From Tubulanus polymorphus (lineage: Eukaryota > Animalia > Nemertea): 64,000 nucleotides of DNA. Of this stretch, positions 50,554-63,683 are shown piece by piece. Every line of letters begins with the position of its first letter. The stretch's first letter is position 1. The notes beneath the pieces were generated by a model. It ran no database searches. It saw nothing but the letters and a program-made list of their open reading frames with translations, and had not been told where the DNA came from. The stretch is from assembly GCF_964204645.1 (NCBI RefSeq), contig NC_134028.1, positions 12,385,263 through 12,449,262 on the forward strand, in the 5' to 3' direction. A program made the translations under genes and the position numbers.

Positions 50554-53548
50554 TCAGTATTCCTTTAAACGATAAGCAGGCAAATCTGCCATAATTTGCA
50601 ACTCTGTTTTTGCAGCGAATTCACGACAGAAAACGCACAATGTGCAAATCGGTTTCGCTAAACGTCTAACTCCAACGATCCAATACTTTCTGCGAACTGT
50701 GGCGCATGTAGCGGCTATTCCGGGATGTCCCAGTTTCCAGTGACAATGTCGTACTATCAGATATGATAAATAACAGAACGTAGTTAATAACGGCGGTTTA
50801 TACTCTTCATACGGATGAAGATTATTCGTTCTTGGTTTGATACGAACTATACCTTCGTCATCTATATATGGTGATAGCGATTGAAACGCGTTTTTCTTCT
50901 TTACTAGCGGCAATATTTCTTGATCAGAGCTTTTTCCGCGGATTTGATTTCATCAGGAGTAATACACCCAGTTTCAGGCGGTTGATTTTCGCCTTTAGCT
51001 CGAAGATTGCTGATGTATCTATCACGATATGCGGTTACTCTTATAGCGCGATTTAGATCTGCGAAGCGTTTTAGGTACGGATCATCAGTTGACTCATCGG
51101 ATTTAACTACGCTAACGTTCGCCTTCTTTATGACCGATTCTTTGGTGATTTCATCTTCCGGATTGGTTAGTTAGTCTCTGGGTTTCGGCCATTCTTCCTC
51201 CGGTCGCGCGAGAAACGCGTCTCCTGTGGACCTGCGGCCACTGAGTTCTGATGGTTCTAACCCTCTGGTTAGGTCGTCACACACATTGAACTCAGACGGT
51301 ATGTGACGCCACGAATTTACATCGGATTTCATGTGAATTTCACCTACTCGAACTGCTACGTATGGTTTCAAACTACGTGACTCTGACGAAATCCACGATT
51401 TAGCGATCATCGAATCAGTGAATAAGATTGCTCGCTCGAAATCAGCCGAGGGTGACAAGGTCCGTGATCTCCCCGTCGTACTTCCCCGCGAGTTCAGAGC
51501 CTTTTTTCCAACTGCTGCTCGAGACTATTTAAACAGTGGGAAAGTTGGACATCGTAGCTGCATTACTTACAAACTGTCACACTTGCTGTTATGGTGGAAT
51601 TGTCAATCAATTCTTCGGATTAGATGCTCCATCTTTAGTTGAATATTCAAGACCAGTAAACTGAGAACTATAATAATGAGCTGCTACTTTTAGAAAACTG
51701 TACTGTTTAATAAATTTCCACTTCTCTTTAAGGCAATAATTCTTTTTGTTATGTCATTATTTGACTCTAGATCTTTACTCTTTTACATCGGATTTCATGT
51801 GAATTTCACCTACTCGAACTGCTACGTATGGTTTCAAACTACGTGACTCAGACGAAATCCACGATTTAGCGATCATCGAATCAGTGAATAAGATTGCTCG
51901 CTCGAGATCAGCCGCGGGTGACAAGGTCCGTGATCTGCCCGTCGTACTTCCCTGCGAGTTCAGAGCCTTTTTTCCAACTGCTGCTCGAGACTATTTAAAC
52001 AGGCTTCAATTTGCTTATAATTTTTAGGTTCCTTCTGATACGGTATCTGAATCATCCAGCGATTTTCTTCCGGCAACTTGATAGCGGAATTCCGAATTGT
52101 CTGTTCTTCCAACTTCTCTTTAGTCGAGAGATTCTTATCGCAATAATTCCGAGTGCAACACGGGTTGACGGCGATACACATTTCTTCAGCTCTAATTAAT
52201 TCTTCGAGATTTACAGGTTCGAGTTTTTCAACCCTAGCGAGATTCACATTACCCGAAAGAATCGGCTCGCCAGAATTACGTCCGAATACGACAGGACCGA
52301 AGATAGATCTTTTGAGCGCTATATTGCCTTTGACAATTATTTCTCCGGCGTGGAACTTCACATTGTCGTTTCCAAACAGTAAATCTACTGAACCATGCGG
52401 TCGATTGACAGAAGTAGAAAATCCGAACAGTTCGCTGATTTTGTCCATTTTCACTTCGGGAATTACACTGCAAATTTCAGGAATACCAATAGCCCAGATT
52501 TTGTGCAACGCATTCGGGCGCGTAGATCTGACTAACAAACAATATTCCTTGGTCTGCAGACGCTCTTCTTCTCCGCCCACTTTGCCTAGATTCACTTCTG
52601 TCGACCGATGTGGTGAACTTAATTCCTCTGCGATTTCATTACGGATAAGCGTAAAATCGGACCCACTATCTATAAGCGTACACGCTTGATACGAACTATC
52701 ATTTTCCGGATGACAGATATTAACGCATACTAGAGGTAACAGTCCTTCACCCGTTTCTAACGCTAATCCAGTCTGACCGGTTTTAGTTTTTGTGAAATCA
52801 GCCCCGTGTAGTAACAGGTGATTAAAATATTCACAATTTTCAAGACTACATTTTTTTTCCTGCCTACATGGCTGTCTAAACCGGTGATATCTAAGGCAAA
52901 ACCAACAAAGCTTCTTTTCTCTGGTCGCAGCTAATCTCTGATCAGGCGTCATTGACCAAAACCTCGGACACTCTGCGACTAGATGCAGATCTTCCACGCT
53001 ACAGATACAACACTTTTTCCTCGGTTTTAGTGGCTCGATTTTAACAGATGAACGCTCTACGTTTGAATGCGAAGACGTGTTTGATGTTACGGATGGCGGT
53101 GACTGAACAATATTCGTCTTACCAGATTTATCAGATTTATATTTCGCAGTTCTTACATTACCCACTCTGCGCTTTACCTCTATCTCTTTGCGCATCTATG
53201 TCAGCAGATTTTCGATATCATTATCTAGGTCGTTTTCTACCTGATACCTAGCCCACAATTCATTATCATCACTGCTCAGCTTACTTTCTAAAACGGCGAT
53301 AGTAGTGCTGTTATCTAAATCTGAGGAACGTTTTGATTCCTGTAGCACAGTTCTAGCTCGGTGAATTAAGTGATAACGCTCTTCAAATTGCTGTACTGAG
53401 GTGACGTTCGGAGCTTTGTTAAATTCCGATAAAATGTCATCGCTCACCTTACGTGCATCACCATAAACGGAATCTAACCGCTCCCAAGCCTCTTCAATAT
53501 CGGCAACCCCATCAATCCACTTTTTCGCAGAACTCGGCAGACACTGTC
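50554..53548 (-). mobile_element. BEL/Pao LTR retrotransposon fragment (gag, protease, RNase H, integrase Zn finger; RT missing)
   Basis: Zn knuckles (CWFCLRYHRFRQPC), LIDSGSD, FTDSMI..W.HIPSEFN..DDLTRG, H..LGH..C..C; internal duplication 51315-51530 / 51785-52000. Confidence 0.88.
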
Positions 53549-53550
53549 AG

Positions 53551-53955
53551 TAGGGGTTTAGTTGGTTCAGGCCAAAGGTCGAACGGTCGAGCTCATTAAA
53601 AAATAAATATTAAAAGTAATTTAAAACTATAATATATTTTCATAGCCGTGTGCATTTTATATTATAACTAAATATTTATTCTAAGATATTAATAATTTAA
53701 ATTTTAAAAGCATATCGTATTAAATCAATTGGTCGCTCCGCTTCGCTGCCGCTCCACTCCGCGACCAATTGATTTATTTACAATACACAAATTCATATAA
53801 TCAAATATATTCAAATAATAATAATCATTCTATTATTTAACTAAAATACACACGGCTATGAAAATATATTATAGTTTTAAATTACTTTTGATATTTATTT
53901 TTTAATGAACTCGACCATTTAACCTTTAACCTGAACCAACTAAACCCCTATTACT
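53551..53955. repeat. ~405-bp fold-back hairpin
   Basis: ~105-bp outer stem, 15-bp inner stem AAATCAATTGGTCGC/GCGACCAATTGATTT, GC-rich loop. Confidence 0.9.
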
Positions 53956-54091
53956 CTTAAAATATTTATATATATGAATAACATATATATGAATAACATA
54001 TATAAGTAATTAGAAAAGTAGGCTTTCAGATCAGAGTACGAGCTCTTATAGAATAGATATGTAGATACATTTTAAACATTATTTCAATATT

Positions 54092-54278
54092 AGTAATAGG
54101 GGTAAAAGGCTTTCAGATCAAAGGTCGAAGGGTCGAGCTCGTAAAAAATGAAAATAACAATAATTTATAGTTGAATTAGTCGCGCACACTCCTAATTCAA
54201 CTGTAAATTATTGTTATTTTCATTTTTACTCACTCGCCCCTTCAACCTTTAACCTGAAAGCCTATTACCCCTATTACT
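54092..54278. repeat. 187-bp fold-back hairpin AGTAATAGGGG...CCCCTATTACT
   Basis: ~87-bp stem with loop TCGCGCACACTC. Confidence 0.9.
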
Positions 54279-54527
54279 CTTAAAATATTCATATATATAT
54301 GAATAACATTTAAATGAATAACATTTAAATTGACAGATTATTCAATATAAAAGTGTAAGCTCTTATAGAATAGATATATAGATATATTTACAACATTATT
54401 TCAATATTCATATTTGTATGAGTTAGATTTTTAAACATTAAAAGTGTTAGTAAAGTGTGATTGAAATAATTCATATTTAAATCATTGAACTTCTAAAATC
54501 AATTTAGTAAAAAAATTTGATATTAAA

Positions 54528-55197
54528 ATGGAATCAGAACAACCACAAACTATCAATATTACAAATAACACTGGTGTCATAAACATATACTACAAGAAGT
54601 GTTCTAAATGTGAATTAGATAAATTAGCTATAACAGAATTTAATAAGCGTAAGATTAGCAAAGATGGTTTTCAATATTGCTGTAAAACTTGTACTAAACT
54701 ATATACCAAACAATATCGAAAAGATAATAGAGAAGCTTATAATGATTATATGACAGAATATATGAGAGAAAGATATCAAACAGATCTTAATTTTAGATTA
54801 AAACAATGTTTAAGATCTAGATTAACACAATTATTCAACAAAGAAACACATTCAGAAACACTATCTAATTTATTGGGTTGTTCAGATTAATTCTTAAAAT
54901 CATGGATAATATATCAATTCGACGATAAAATGAAGATAGATAATTATGGTGAATACTTTCATATTGATCAAGTGTTGCCGATTTCTAAATTTGACATGAA
55001 TGATGAATACAATAAAAAAACTTATTTGGAATTGGAATAATCTAAGACCTTTAGAAAAGAAAGTAAATATAATTGAATCTAATAAACTAGATTTACAGTT
55101 ATATTTAGATCAACTGGATAAAGCAAAGACATTTGTTGAATTATGGAATAGTATTTCACAGAATCAACCGCATTCTGAGGTTTTAATCAGTGGTTAG
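54528..55197 (+). pseudogene. HNH-type endonuclease of a kind common in large DNA viruses, disrupted
   Basis: CSKC..EF..DGFQYCCKTC, LRSRL, LLGCS, NYGEYFHIDQVLPISKFD, WNNLRPLEKKVN. Confidence 0.75.
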
Positions 55198-56174
55198 AAA
55201 GCCGGCAATTCTATTTGAGCTTTGTATGTATATAATACATAGCTTTTGCTTACTACTAAAACATATGTTGCCAAATATATCTTGTTTTAAATTCTAAAGA
55301 ATTAATTAACTTCATCACAAAGAACATCTGTGCAGAAATAATTAGTTTGGTCGAACGTGCGCCACGTCGGCAGTTAGAGATCAACTTTCACATACATAGT
55401 ACGTATTGGATATTCTCTCTCAAAACACAGTTTACAGTTCTAAATCTAAGTGTAAGTACCGTTTTTTGTAGTTATTATGAAGTAGGGAAACCTTTAAACA
55501 TATTTAAGTACAGTAATTCATTTTCACGACATCTTTTAGATTAAAATGGAATACAAAGATGAACCAGAAATTCTAAGCCAACCATCGGAAAAGGAACTAA
55601 TGCTGCTGGATAGTGAAACTCAGGAATCAATAGAAATGGAGGATGAAACTCTCGTAACACACTGAAGGTCTTTGTAATATAGATATCAAAAAATGTAATC
55701 TCGATTGTATATATCTGTTTTAATATTGTATTGTTTACTGTTAACTAAGTATTGCGCAATAACCGGTCCGATTGAACCGCTTTTCTATTGTTCTCCATTG
55801 TTCTATTATTGATCGTTGTTGACGGAAACAGCTGCTCAATATTGATTGGTTACAGTTCTATGTTTGAATGTTGTAGTTTACAGAATTAAAATATAACTGT
55901 GTATTGCGCAATAACCGGTCCGATTGGACCGCTTTTCTATTGTTCTCCATTGTTCTATTATCGATCGCTAAAATTTACATAATAAATATATGTGTTTATG
56001 AAATAATATTTCCACCAGTCGTTTCGTTGAATTGATTTTCAGTTGAGGATTTATTGTCGAGGATCCGAAATGACTTATCAAAAGCAGCGAGGAATGAAAA
56101 AGGATGACGTTAGTCGAAGAAATGGAAGAGGATTCTAAAATATTAATCAATTTTATTAAAAATTTGATTTATAA

Positions 56175-56390
56175 ATGGAAAGGAATGATGAATACAATAA
56201 AAAACTTATTTGGAATTGGAAGAATTTAAGACCTTTAGAAAAGAAGGAAAACATAATTAAATCTAATAAACTAGATTTACAGTTATATTTAGAACAGTTA
56301 ACAAAGGCAAAGAAATTTATTGATCAATGGAACAATGATCCAAATAATGAACAATACGTTGAGGAATTTGATATCAAGGATCCGAAATGA
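56175..56390 (+). pseudogene. Second, internally deleted HNH copy
   Basis: Matches 54995-55150 and has a similar upstream sequence. Confidence 0.7.
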
Positions 56391-56692
56391 CTTATCTGGA
56401 CAGTTATAATTACTGCTCCTAATAGATAAAGAAAAGTAGTGAGATATCAAATAGAATTCAAAAAAAAGTATTTAAAAAACAATAACTTCAACTAGCTAGT
56501 GAATTCTATTATATTTTTAATATTTTCTTTTCAAAAAGAAAATACTTTATATTTTGAATAGATTCAAATAGAAATTCTTTAAATTCAAAAAGCTAGTATC
56601 AGTAGTCAATACTAGAATTCTTTAACTTTAACTATCTAGTATCATTTGAAGAATACTTATAATATTTTTCTTATTAAATTTCTCTAATATAA

Positions 56693-57295
56693 ATGACAAA
56701 GAAATCGAGTAAGAATAGTATTGATATTGAAAAAACATTAGATGATTTGGGCATTAGTGATAATAAGGATCCAGTGGTTTCTAATTCTATTCAAGTTAAT
56801 AACAATATTGATTATGAATACTATTTATATTGTTAACACCATCTTGAGTTACTAATTGCTGGCGGGAAATCTAAACAATTTTTAACTAAGACCATTACTT
56901 TTCAAGAACTAGACTCTATGAAACCAGATAAAGTAATAAAATATTTTAAGATTTATGAAGAAGCTAGATTGGCTCGAATAAATGATTCTATTTCAGATAG
57001 TATTATAAAATGTTATTCAAAATTATGTAACCGGTTAATGAAGATTAATGATGAAAATAAATTATATAGTGATTTGAAAAATGACTCCTTAGTTATGACT
57101 GAATTACAAAAATGGGTTGGATATGCTTCATTTCAATTAGGATCGGTTATGACATTAATTTCTACCGGCGTCATAACATTTTCGAACATCAAACCTATGG
57201 AATATAAATCAGGTAAGAACGAAACAGATGTACTACAACCAAACAGTGAAACAGAAAATGAATCAGAACAAAAATTAACTAAAATAAACGAGTGA
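56693..57295 (+). pseudogene. Homolog of 33766-34371 with internal stop
   Basis: YEYLLYC*HHLELLIAGGK, FKIYEEARLARINDSIS. Confidence 0.7.
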
Positions 57296-57656
57296 TGGCG
57301 TTAAGAAAAAGCCTAGATCCGAGAAACAAATTAAATGGGCAAGAGAATTAGGTAAAAGATCTTCAGAATTAAAAAAAGCTAAGAAAAAGAAATTAACTGA
57401 TATAAATGAATCCCAGACTTTATCTGATGTTGATTCAAATAATAATCCATCTAATTCTTCTAATGCTGGAAGTAATTATAAATTATATATTACAACTGGA
57501 TTAGTAACAGTTATTATATTATCCGGTGTAATATATAAATCAAAATTCAAATCTGATGATAAAGATGATTCCAATGACAATAAACCTATCATACCAGAAA
57601 ATAAGTCAAATCATAAAGTCATTGAAACTAAATCTAAATTATTATCAATGGATTAA
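57295..57656 (+). pseudogene. Small basic membrane protein
   Basis: KKPRSEKQIKWARELG plus a TM helix. Confidence 0.55.
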
Positions 57657-57662
57657 AATAGA

Positions 57663-58746
57663 ATGAAAAAAGAACAATATTTAAGAGATTTATATTATAA
57701 CCCAGAAAGTGAAGTATCATATTCTAACGTTTCAGAATTATGGAATAAAATTAAATCTGATAATGAAAATGGTAATATAAAATATAGTGAACTAAGATTA
57801 TGGTTACAAAATCAACCAACATATCAAATCCACAAGAAAATGGATAAAACTAATTTAACAAGAAAAGTTATGGTTTCATATATCGATCAACAATGGCAAG
57901 CAGATTCAATTGACATGAAGAACTTAGAAGAATACAACAAAGGATATTTCTGGATATTAAATGTTATAGACATATTCAGTAGATACGCATGGTCAATTCC
58001 AATCAAAAATAAAACTGGAATAGAAGTGACAAATGCTTTTAAATCAATATTTAAAGAAGCTATTCCAGATAAGATACAATTTGATGAAGGTAAGGAATTT
58101 TATAACAAACATTTCAAAAAACTATTATCCGATAACGATGTAGAATATTTTTCAACACATTCAGATAAAAAAGCATCTATTATAGAAAGATTTAATAAAA
58201 CATTGAAAACTAGAATGTGGAAATATTTTACTGCTAATGAAACGTATAAATATATCGATGTGTTAGATGATTTAGTGAAAGGTTATAATAATTCTAAACA
58301 TAGTTCTATAAATATGAAACCTATACAAGCTAGAAAAGAAGATAATTCAGAAATAGTTTGGAATAATTTATATGGTGTGTTTGTTACACATGATTTCGGA
58401 GAACCTAAATTTAAAATGGGAAAACACGTTGGAATATCTAAATATAGAAAAACATTTTATAAAGGTTATACCCCAAATTTTACAGAAGAAATATTTAAAA
58501 TTAAAAAGATAATATTAACTAAACCTTTTGTTTATAAACTAGAAGATCTAAAAGATGAAGAAATATAAGGTTATTTCTATGAACAAGAATTATCACTTGT
58601 ACCAAATCCAGATGAAATAGAATACAAAATAGAAAAAGTATTGAAAACAAAAACTCTTAAAGGAAAAAAGTATTCTTTGGTGAAATATAAAGGGTATGAT
58701 AATAAATTTAATGAATGGATTTTATCTAGTAAAATTAAAAGAATAA
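57663..58746 (+). pseudogene. rve integrase with chromodomain (one internal stop at 58566-58568)
   Basis: D-D-E triad WQAD, IQFDEGKEF, IIERFN; downstream LVKYKGYDNKFNEW. Confidence 0.92.
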
Positions 58747-59356
58747 ATGAATAAAGATTTATTCATATTTGAACCGCATAATATGTTAGTTACTGGTGTA
58801 ACCAATTGTGGTAAAACACATTTCATATTAGATTTGTTAGAAACTATTTATAAGAATCATTTTGATAACATTATATTATTTTGTCGTACTTATGAAATGA
58901 ATAAAACATATAATAGAGGTATAGTTAAGATGAAAAAGTTTATTATATTAGATCCTAAAACAGTAAAAGAAAATTTAGATAATTGTATAAAAATAGCAAT
59001 TGATACTTATAAAGGATCAAATACATTATTCATTGTAGATGATTGCGCAAATTTACATGATTCAAAAGTTAGAGAAAGTGTGTTATGTTATCTAGCTTTC
59101 TCTGGAAGACATTTCGGGATATCAACATGGGTTTTAAATCAAAAATATAATTCAATTGTTAAAGACTTTAGGGAGAATATAAGTTTCTAGTTTTATTTTA
59201 TAACAAAGATAAAAAATCTATGCAACAATCATTGGAAGAAAATCAAATTATACCTACTGAGTTACAAGATGAAAATATGAATAAATTAAAGAATAATAAA
59301 GGTTCAAAATTATTACTGAGACTACAATTTCCCTGTGAATATAAATTTATAAAATA
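58747..59356 (+). pseudogene. Packaging ATPase, frameshifted
   Basis: GVTNCGKT, LFIVDD, SGRH. Confidence 0.88.
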
Positions 59357-59384
59357 AAATTTATAATTTGGAATATTATAGAAA

Positions 59385-59755
59385 CTAATTTATATATCTA
59401 TGTACTAGACGTACGAGTAAGAAAGTAAGATTCTTGCCAAGAAAGTAAGAAAGTAAGAATCTTGGTAAGAATTCTTACGTACGTCTAGTATATAGATATA
59501 TAAATTAGTTTTATAATAATTATTCTAAATTTAAATTATAAAAATGAATAAATTATATGTTTTCTCTTAATAATAATAAAAATAGATTATATTATAACTA
59601 TTTCTATACTAAGATTAATAATTTTATGTTTTTAATTTTTATGAAAACTATTATATATATATATCTATGTACTAGTCGTACGAGTAAGAAAGTAAGATTT
59701 CTTGGATTCTTACTCGTACGTCTAGTATATAGTTATATAAATTAGTTTTATAATA
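59385..59755. repeat. Palindrome array between convergent gene blocks
   Basis: TACTAGACGTACGAGTAAGAA...TTCTTAC(TC)GTACGTCTAGTA, twice. Confidence 0.85.
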
Positions 59756-59756
59756 A

Positions 59757-60910
59757 TTATTCTAATTTTGTTTCTAATATATTTATAAAATCATCTCTGT
59801 TTATATCTAATTCACCAAAAGGTAGATTTATTAATTTTAATTGAGCCATCTTAACATAATTATTAGTAGGTAAATGAGCTTTTTCTCTTAATTTTTCTAA
59901 GTATTCATCAAAATCATCATAATCAAAATCAAATGATGTCCAAAATTATTTATCAGATACCTTAAATCTATCTTTCTAAAATATAATAATTTATATATTT
60001 GTTTAGTATTATCTTCTGCATAAGATAATAATTTATCAAATAACAACTTATAGAATATATAATATTGGTTAGTTTTAGGATTAAAATATTTGATATATTT
60101 ATTTGGGTTATTTAACAATGGTATCATACTCACCATTTTATAAACATTAATTAGATGTAACTTTGATTTATAATGAGTATTTTCATCAACAGGTTCAATT
60201 TTCTTATTACAATATTGGCACATTTCATTTCTTTCTATTTCTTCTAATTTCTTTTCATGTTCTTCTAACTTCCTTTCATTTTCGATATGCGCTTGAGATT
60301 TTTTATGTTTAGAAAAATTACTTTTAGAAATATCTAAATCACAAATGTTACAATGTTTTTTAGAATCATCAATTGTTTCATTATCATTAGTTTCAATTGT
60401 ATCAACATTATCTGTTATATTATCTATGGTATCATTTGTTTCAATTGTATTAACATTATCTATGATATTATCTATTATATTATTATCAGATATATTATTA
60501 TCATTATTATTCTTTTCTTTTTCTATATATTTATTTGATTTCTTATGTGATGCCCAATTTTTATATGATATATATTTCTTACATACATCACAATATTTTT
60601 CATTTGTCTTTTTGGTTTTGATATCAGGTTCAATCTTATCATTATTAGATGTAGAAGGTATTACATTATTAGATGTAGTAGGTATTACATTATTAGATGT
60701 AGTAGGTATTACATTATTATCAATTACATTACTTAAATTATCAACAACTTCACTTTTATTATTATCTATTTCTATTAGTTTAGTTTTATAATTTTTTAAA
60801 ATAGGATCAAATATCAAAGCTATATTACAAGGTATTACATAATATAAACCATCCTTATTTTCATGTGTATCGATGTATGGAATACGTTTATATACTTTAC
60901 CTCCTTCCAT
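59757..60910 (-). pseudogene. Multi zinc-finger (matrin/U1-like spacing) protein, frameshift near the C-terminus
   Basis: CDVC..SHKKS, CNIC..KHKKSQAH, CQYC..HYKSKLH. Confidence 0.72.
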
Positions 60911-60942
60911 TTATTATATAAATTTTTATTAAAGTTAAAATT

Positions 60943-62198
60943 TTAATACATAACACTATTTAATTGAGAATTTACAATATTTAATTGCGCTTCAGATATA
61001 ATATAAATATGCATTTTGAAATTTAGGCTTCCTTTTTTCTTTGTCATGAATAATTGTATTCCATCTTTAGTATTTTGTAATTTTTTCCCAGAACCATGTA
61101 ATGAATTATCCTCTGTTGTTCTAAAATCTAACCATAATTCATATTTATTACCGGTATAATAATCAATTTGATTAATGTTACAATTTTCAGATGATTTCAC
61201 TTCTTCATTCATAAAATGTTTTCTAATTTCTGGCCATTGATCTATCATTCTCATTCCTTGACAAAATATTTTATTTGCTATTCCTTCGATAGTTATTTCT
61301 ACTTTTGTTATTTCAGGATTATAATACTTATCAACCTGTATTGCACCATTATAATATGTTGCAATGGTAAAAAATATTAATATACCTTTAATAGATCTTC
61401 TTGGGAAGTTAATATTCTCATTAATAATTTCATCATTTGCATTAATAGTTACAGTTTTAAATGTATCAATATAATCATATAATAATGAAAATCCTTGATT
61501 GTATTGAGTTTGAATTATACTTGAAATATTTTCATCAGTTACTGTATCATATTCTAAACATATATTCGATAATTTATAACTCATATCTTTATTAACGCTA
61601 GATATTACAATTTCATTAACAGGAGCAAATGTTATTTCGAATATAACATCTTCTTGAATTGTGTATTTATATAAAGGCGCATTATTATTTATCAATTCAA
61701 AGTCTAATGGAATTTTATATTTGCTTCCATAAATCTTTTTAATCAAATTATCAATTTATCTACAGAATTAGTTAATATTGCATTGTGTGCTTCTGATCTT
61801 AGTTTATTTTGGTTTTCTGATTGGATTCCTTGAAATATCATATTATTTCTATTTTCTTTAGTTAACCATAAATCTTTTTAATGCATAAATAAATTATAAT
61901 CATCTAATGAGAAAACTGTTTCCGGACCGATCTTTATAGTTAATTTTTTAATCAAATATCTTCCAACATTATCAACAACATAATTATTATTATTACCGGT
62001 TACTTTTATATCGGCTGATAAATAAATACTATTTGGAACATAAAAAGTATTTTGTGTTAATCGAGGATTTCTAACATATAAAGTTTCATCGGGATTAATA
62101 TTAGAAGGGTTATGAGTAATTATATGATGTGATCTTTCTGCTTAAATAGCATTAGATATTCTATGATTCTTAGAAGGATTGATATAACTCCCACTCAT
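60943..62198 (-). pseudogene. Major capsid protein (putative double jelly-roll)
   Basis: Close homolog of 36370-37593. Confidence 0.68.
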
Positions 62199-62238
62199 TT
62201 ATTTAACAAAAAAATTAATTATTTATTTTTGATCATGT

Positions 62239-63667
62239 TTACTTGATATTTTTTGATATCATATTTACTAACCCAAAAATAATTGCACTTACAACTGTAA
62301 TTAAAAATAAAATAATATGTTCAGCAGCAAAGTTAATAATGTTTCCTAGAGATTTTAATATAAAACCAACAATTGATGCAATAACTCCTGGCAATGCTGT
62401 AGCAGATTTCTTTGATAGTTCCAATAAATATTTTGCTAATTTCTTTAAACCATCCTTAACTTTATCTTGTATAGAATCTTTGTCATTCGGGGGTTTATCC
62501 GGTTTATCGGGAGTAGGAGTAGATTTTAAAGCATTTGATATTGCTAAACCTATTGTTGTAAATACCATAGTTACAGCTGTTAGAATTGAAAGAATTGTTA
62601 TTCCTTCTAATTTAAAGTATAATCGTATTCTATCTTTCAACGATATCTTAGAATCTGGTTTTATCAACAAATCTTTAAAAACATCTTTTAATCTTTTAAA
62701 ACTATTACCATATTCTTTTAATAATATATCTCTTTCACCTTTCAGTACTTCTAAATTATCTTTTAAATTATCAATTTCTTTTTCTAAACGTAATTCTTTT
62801 TGCCTATATTCCATTTCACCAATTACTTGATGGTCTAAATCATACTTTAGTTGTTCTATCTCTTTATTTTTATTTTTATCAGTTAATTCTTTAAGTACTA
62901 ATTTTAGTATCTCTTATACTTTTATTATGTGCAATTTTATCAGCTTCATTTCTTATACTAATAATTTTTCTAATTGCTTCATCAGAAAATATATTTAAAT
63001 CTTCTAATTCTTGATCTGTTGCATCAAGTAATCCATTTGGTAAAAGTTTTTCAGTTTGAACTCTTCTTGATTTAATTTTACTAGTTTTGGAATTATCAGC
63101 TTCTTTAGGAATTTAATTATCTTAAAAAATTTAGCATTGCTTTGTTTAAATTCTCTTCTATTATCAATTATCTCTTTTTCTGTAACATCAGTTATAACAT
63201 CCTTAATGATTTTCTTAATTCTATCTGGTTTTAATAAATTAAAAGTTGATTGTGTTATTATTTTATCGTTACTTTTAAGATTTGAAATCCTAAAATAATA
63301 GTTGCCTTTCAATTTCCAATAATAATCGCCATTTAAATATTTCAAATCTTCTACTAAATAATCCATACCTTTATTTGTTATATTGAAACCAGATCTTTTT
63401 AACATTGGTTTAAAATCGCTAGCAATTTCATTATATTTTAATTTTTTTTTCTAATTCTGGTACTTCATTTTGAATATCTATCCTCGATTTAGCTCCTCTA
63501 ATATATTCATCTGTTGATGGGGTTTTTGAACCAGGAACAACTTCTGGTAAATTAGTATTATATTCTGGCTCATTATCATCATTAAAACTTGCTTCATCAA
63601 AATCATGTTGTTGTTCATCACTTATACCAGGTTCATATAAAGGATCTACTCCACCTTCTACATCCAT
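62239..63667 (-). pseudogene. Coiled-coil / multi-TM protein
   Basis: Homolog of 37618-39055. Confidence 0.68.
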
Positions 63668-63683
63668 TTATATAATAAAAAAA

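Noticed and set aside
55745-55967. ~65-bp direct repeat pair in the DNA between the HNH copies
   Set aside because: Looks like ordinary host repeat sequence; no defining termini found
60345-60791. Plus-strand hydrophobic ORFs (also 24844-25262, 62243-62830, 52153-52689, 18452, 46364)
   Set aside because: Antisense shadows of real minus-strand genes
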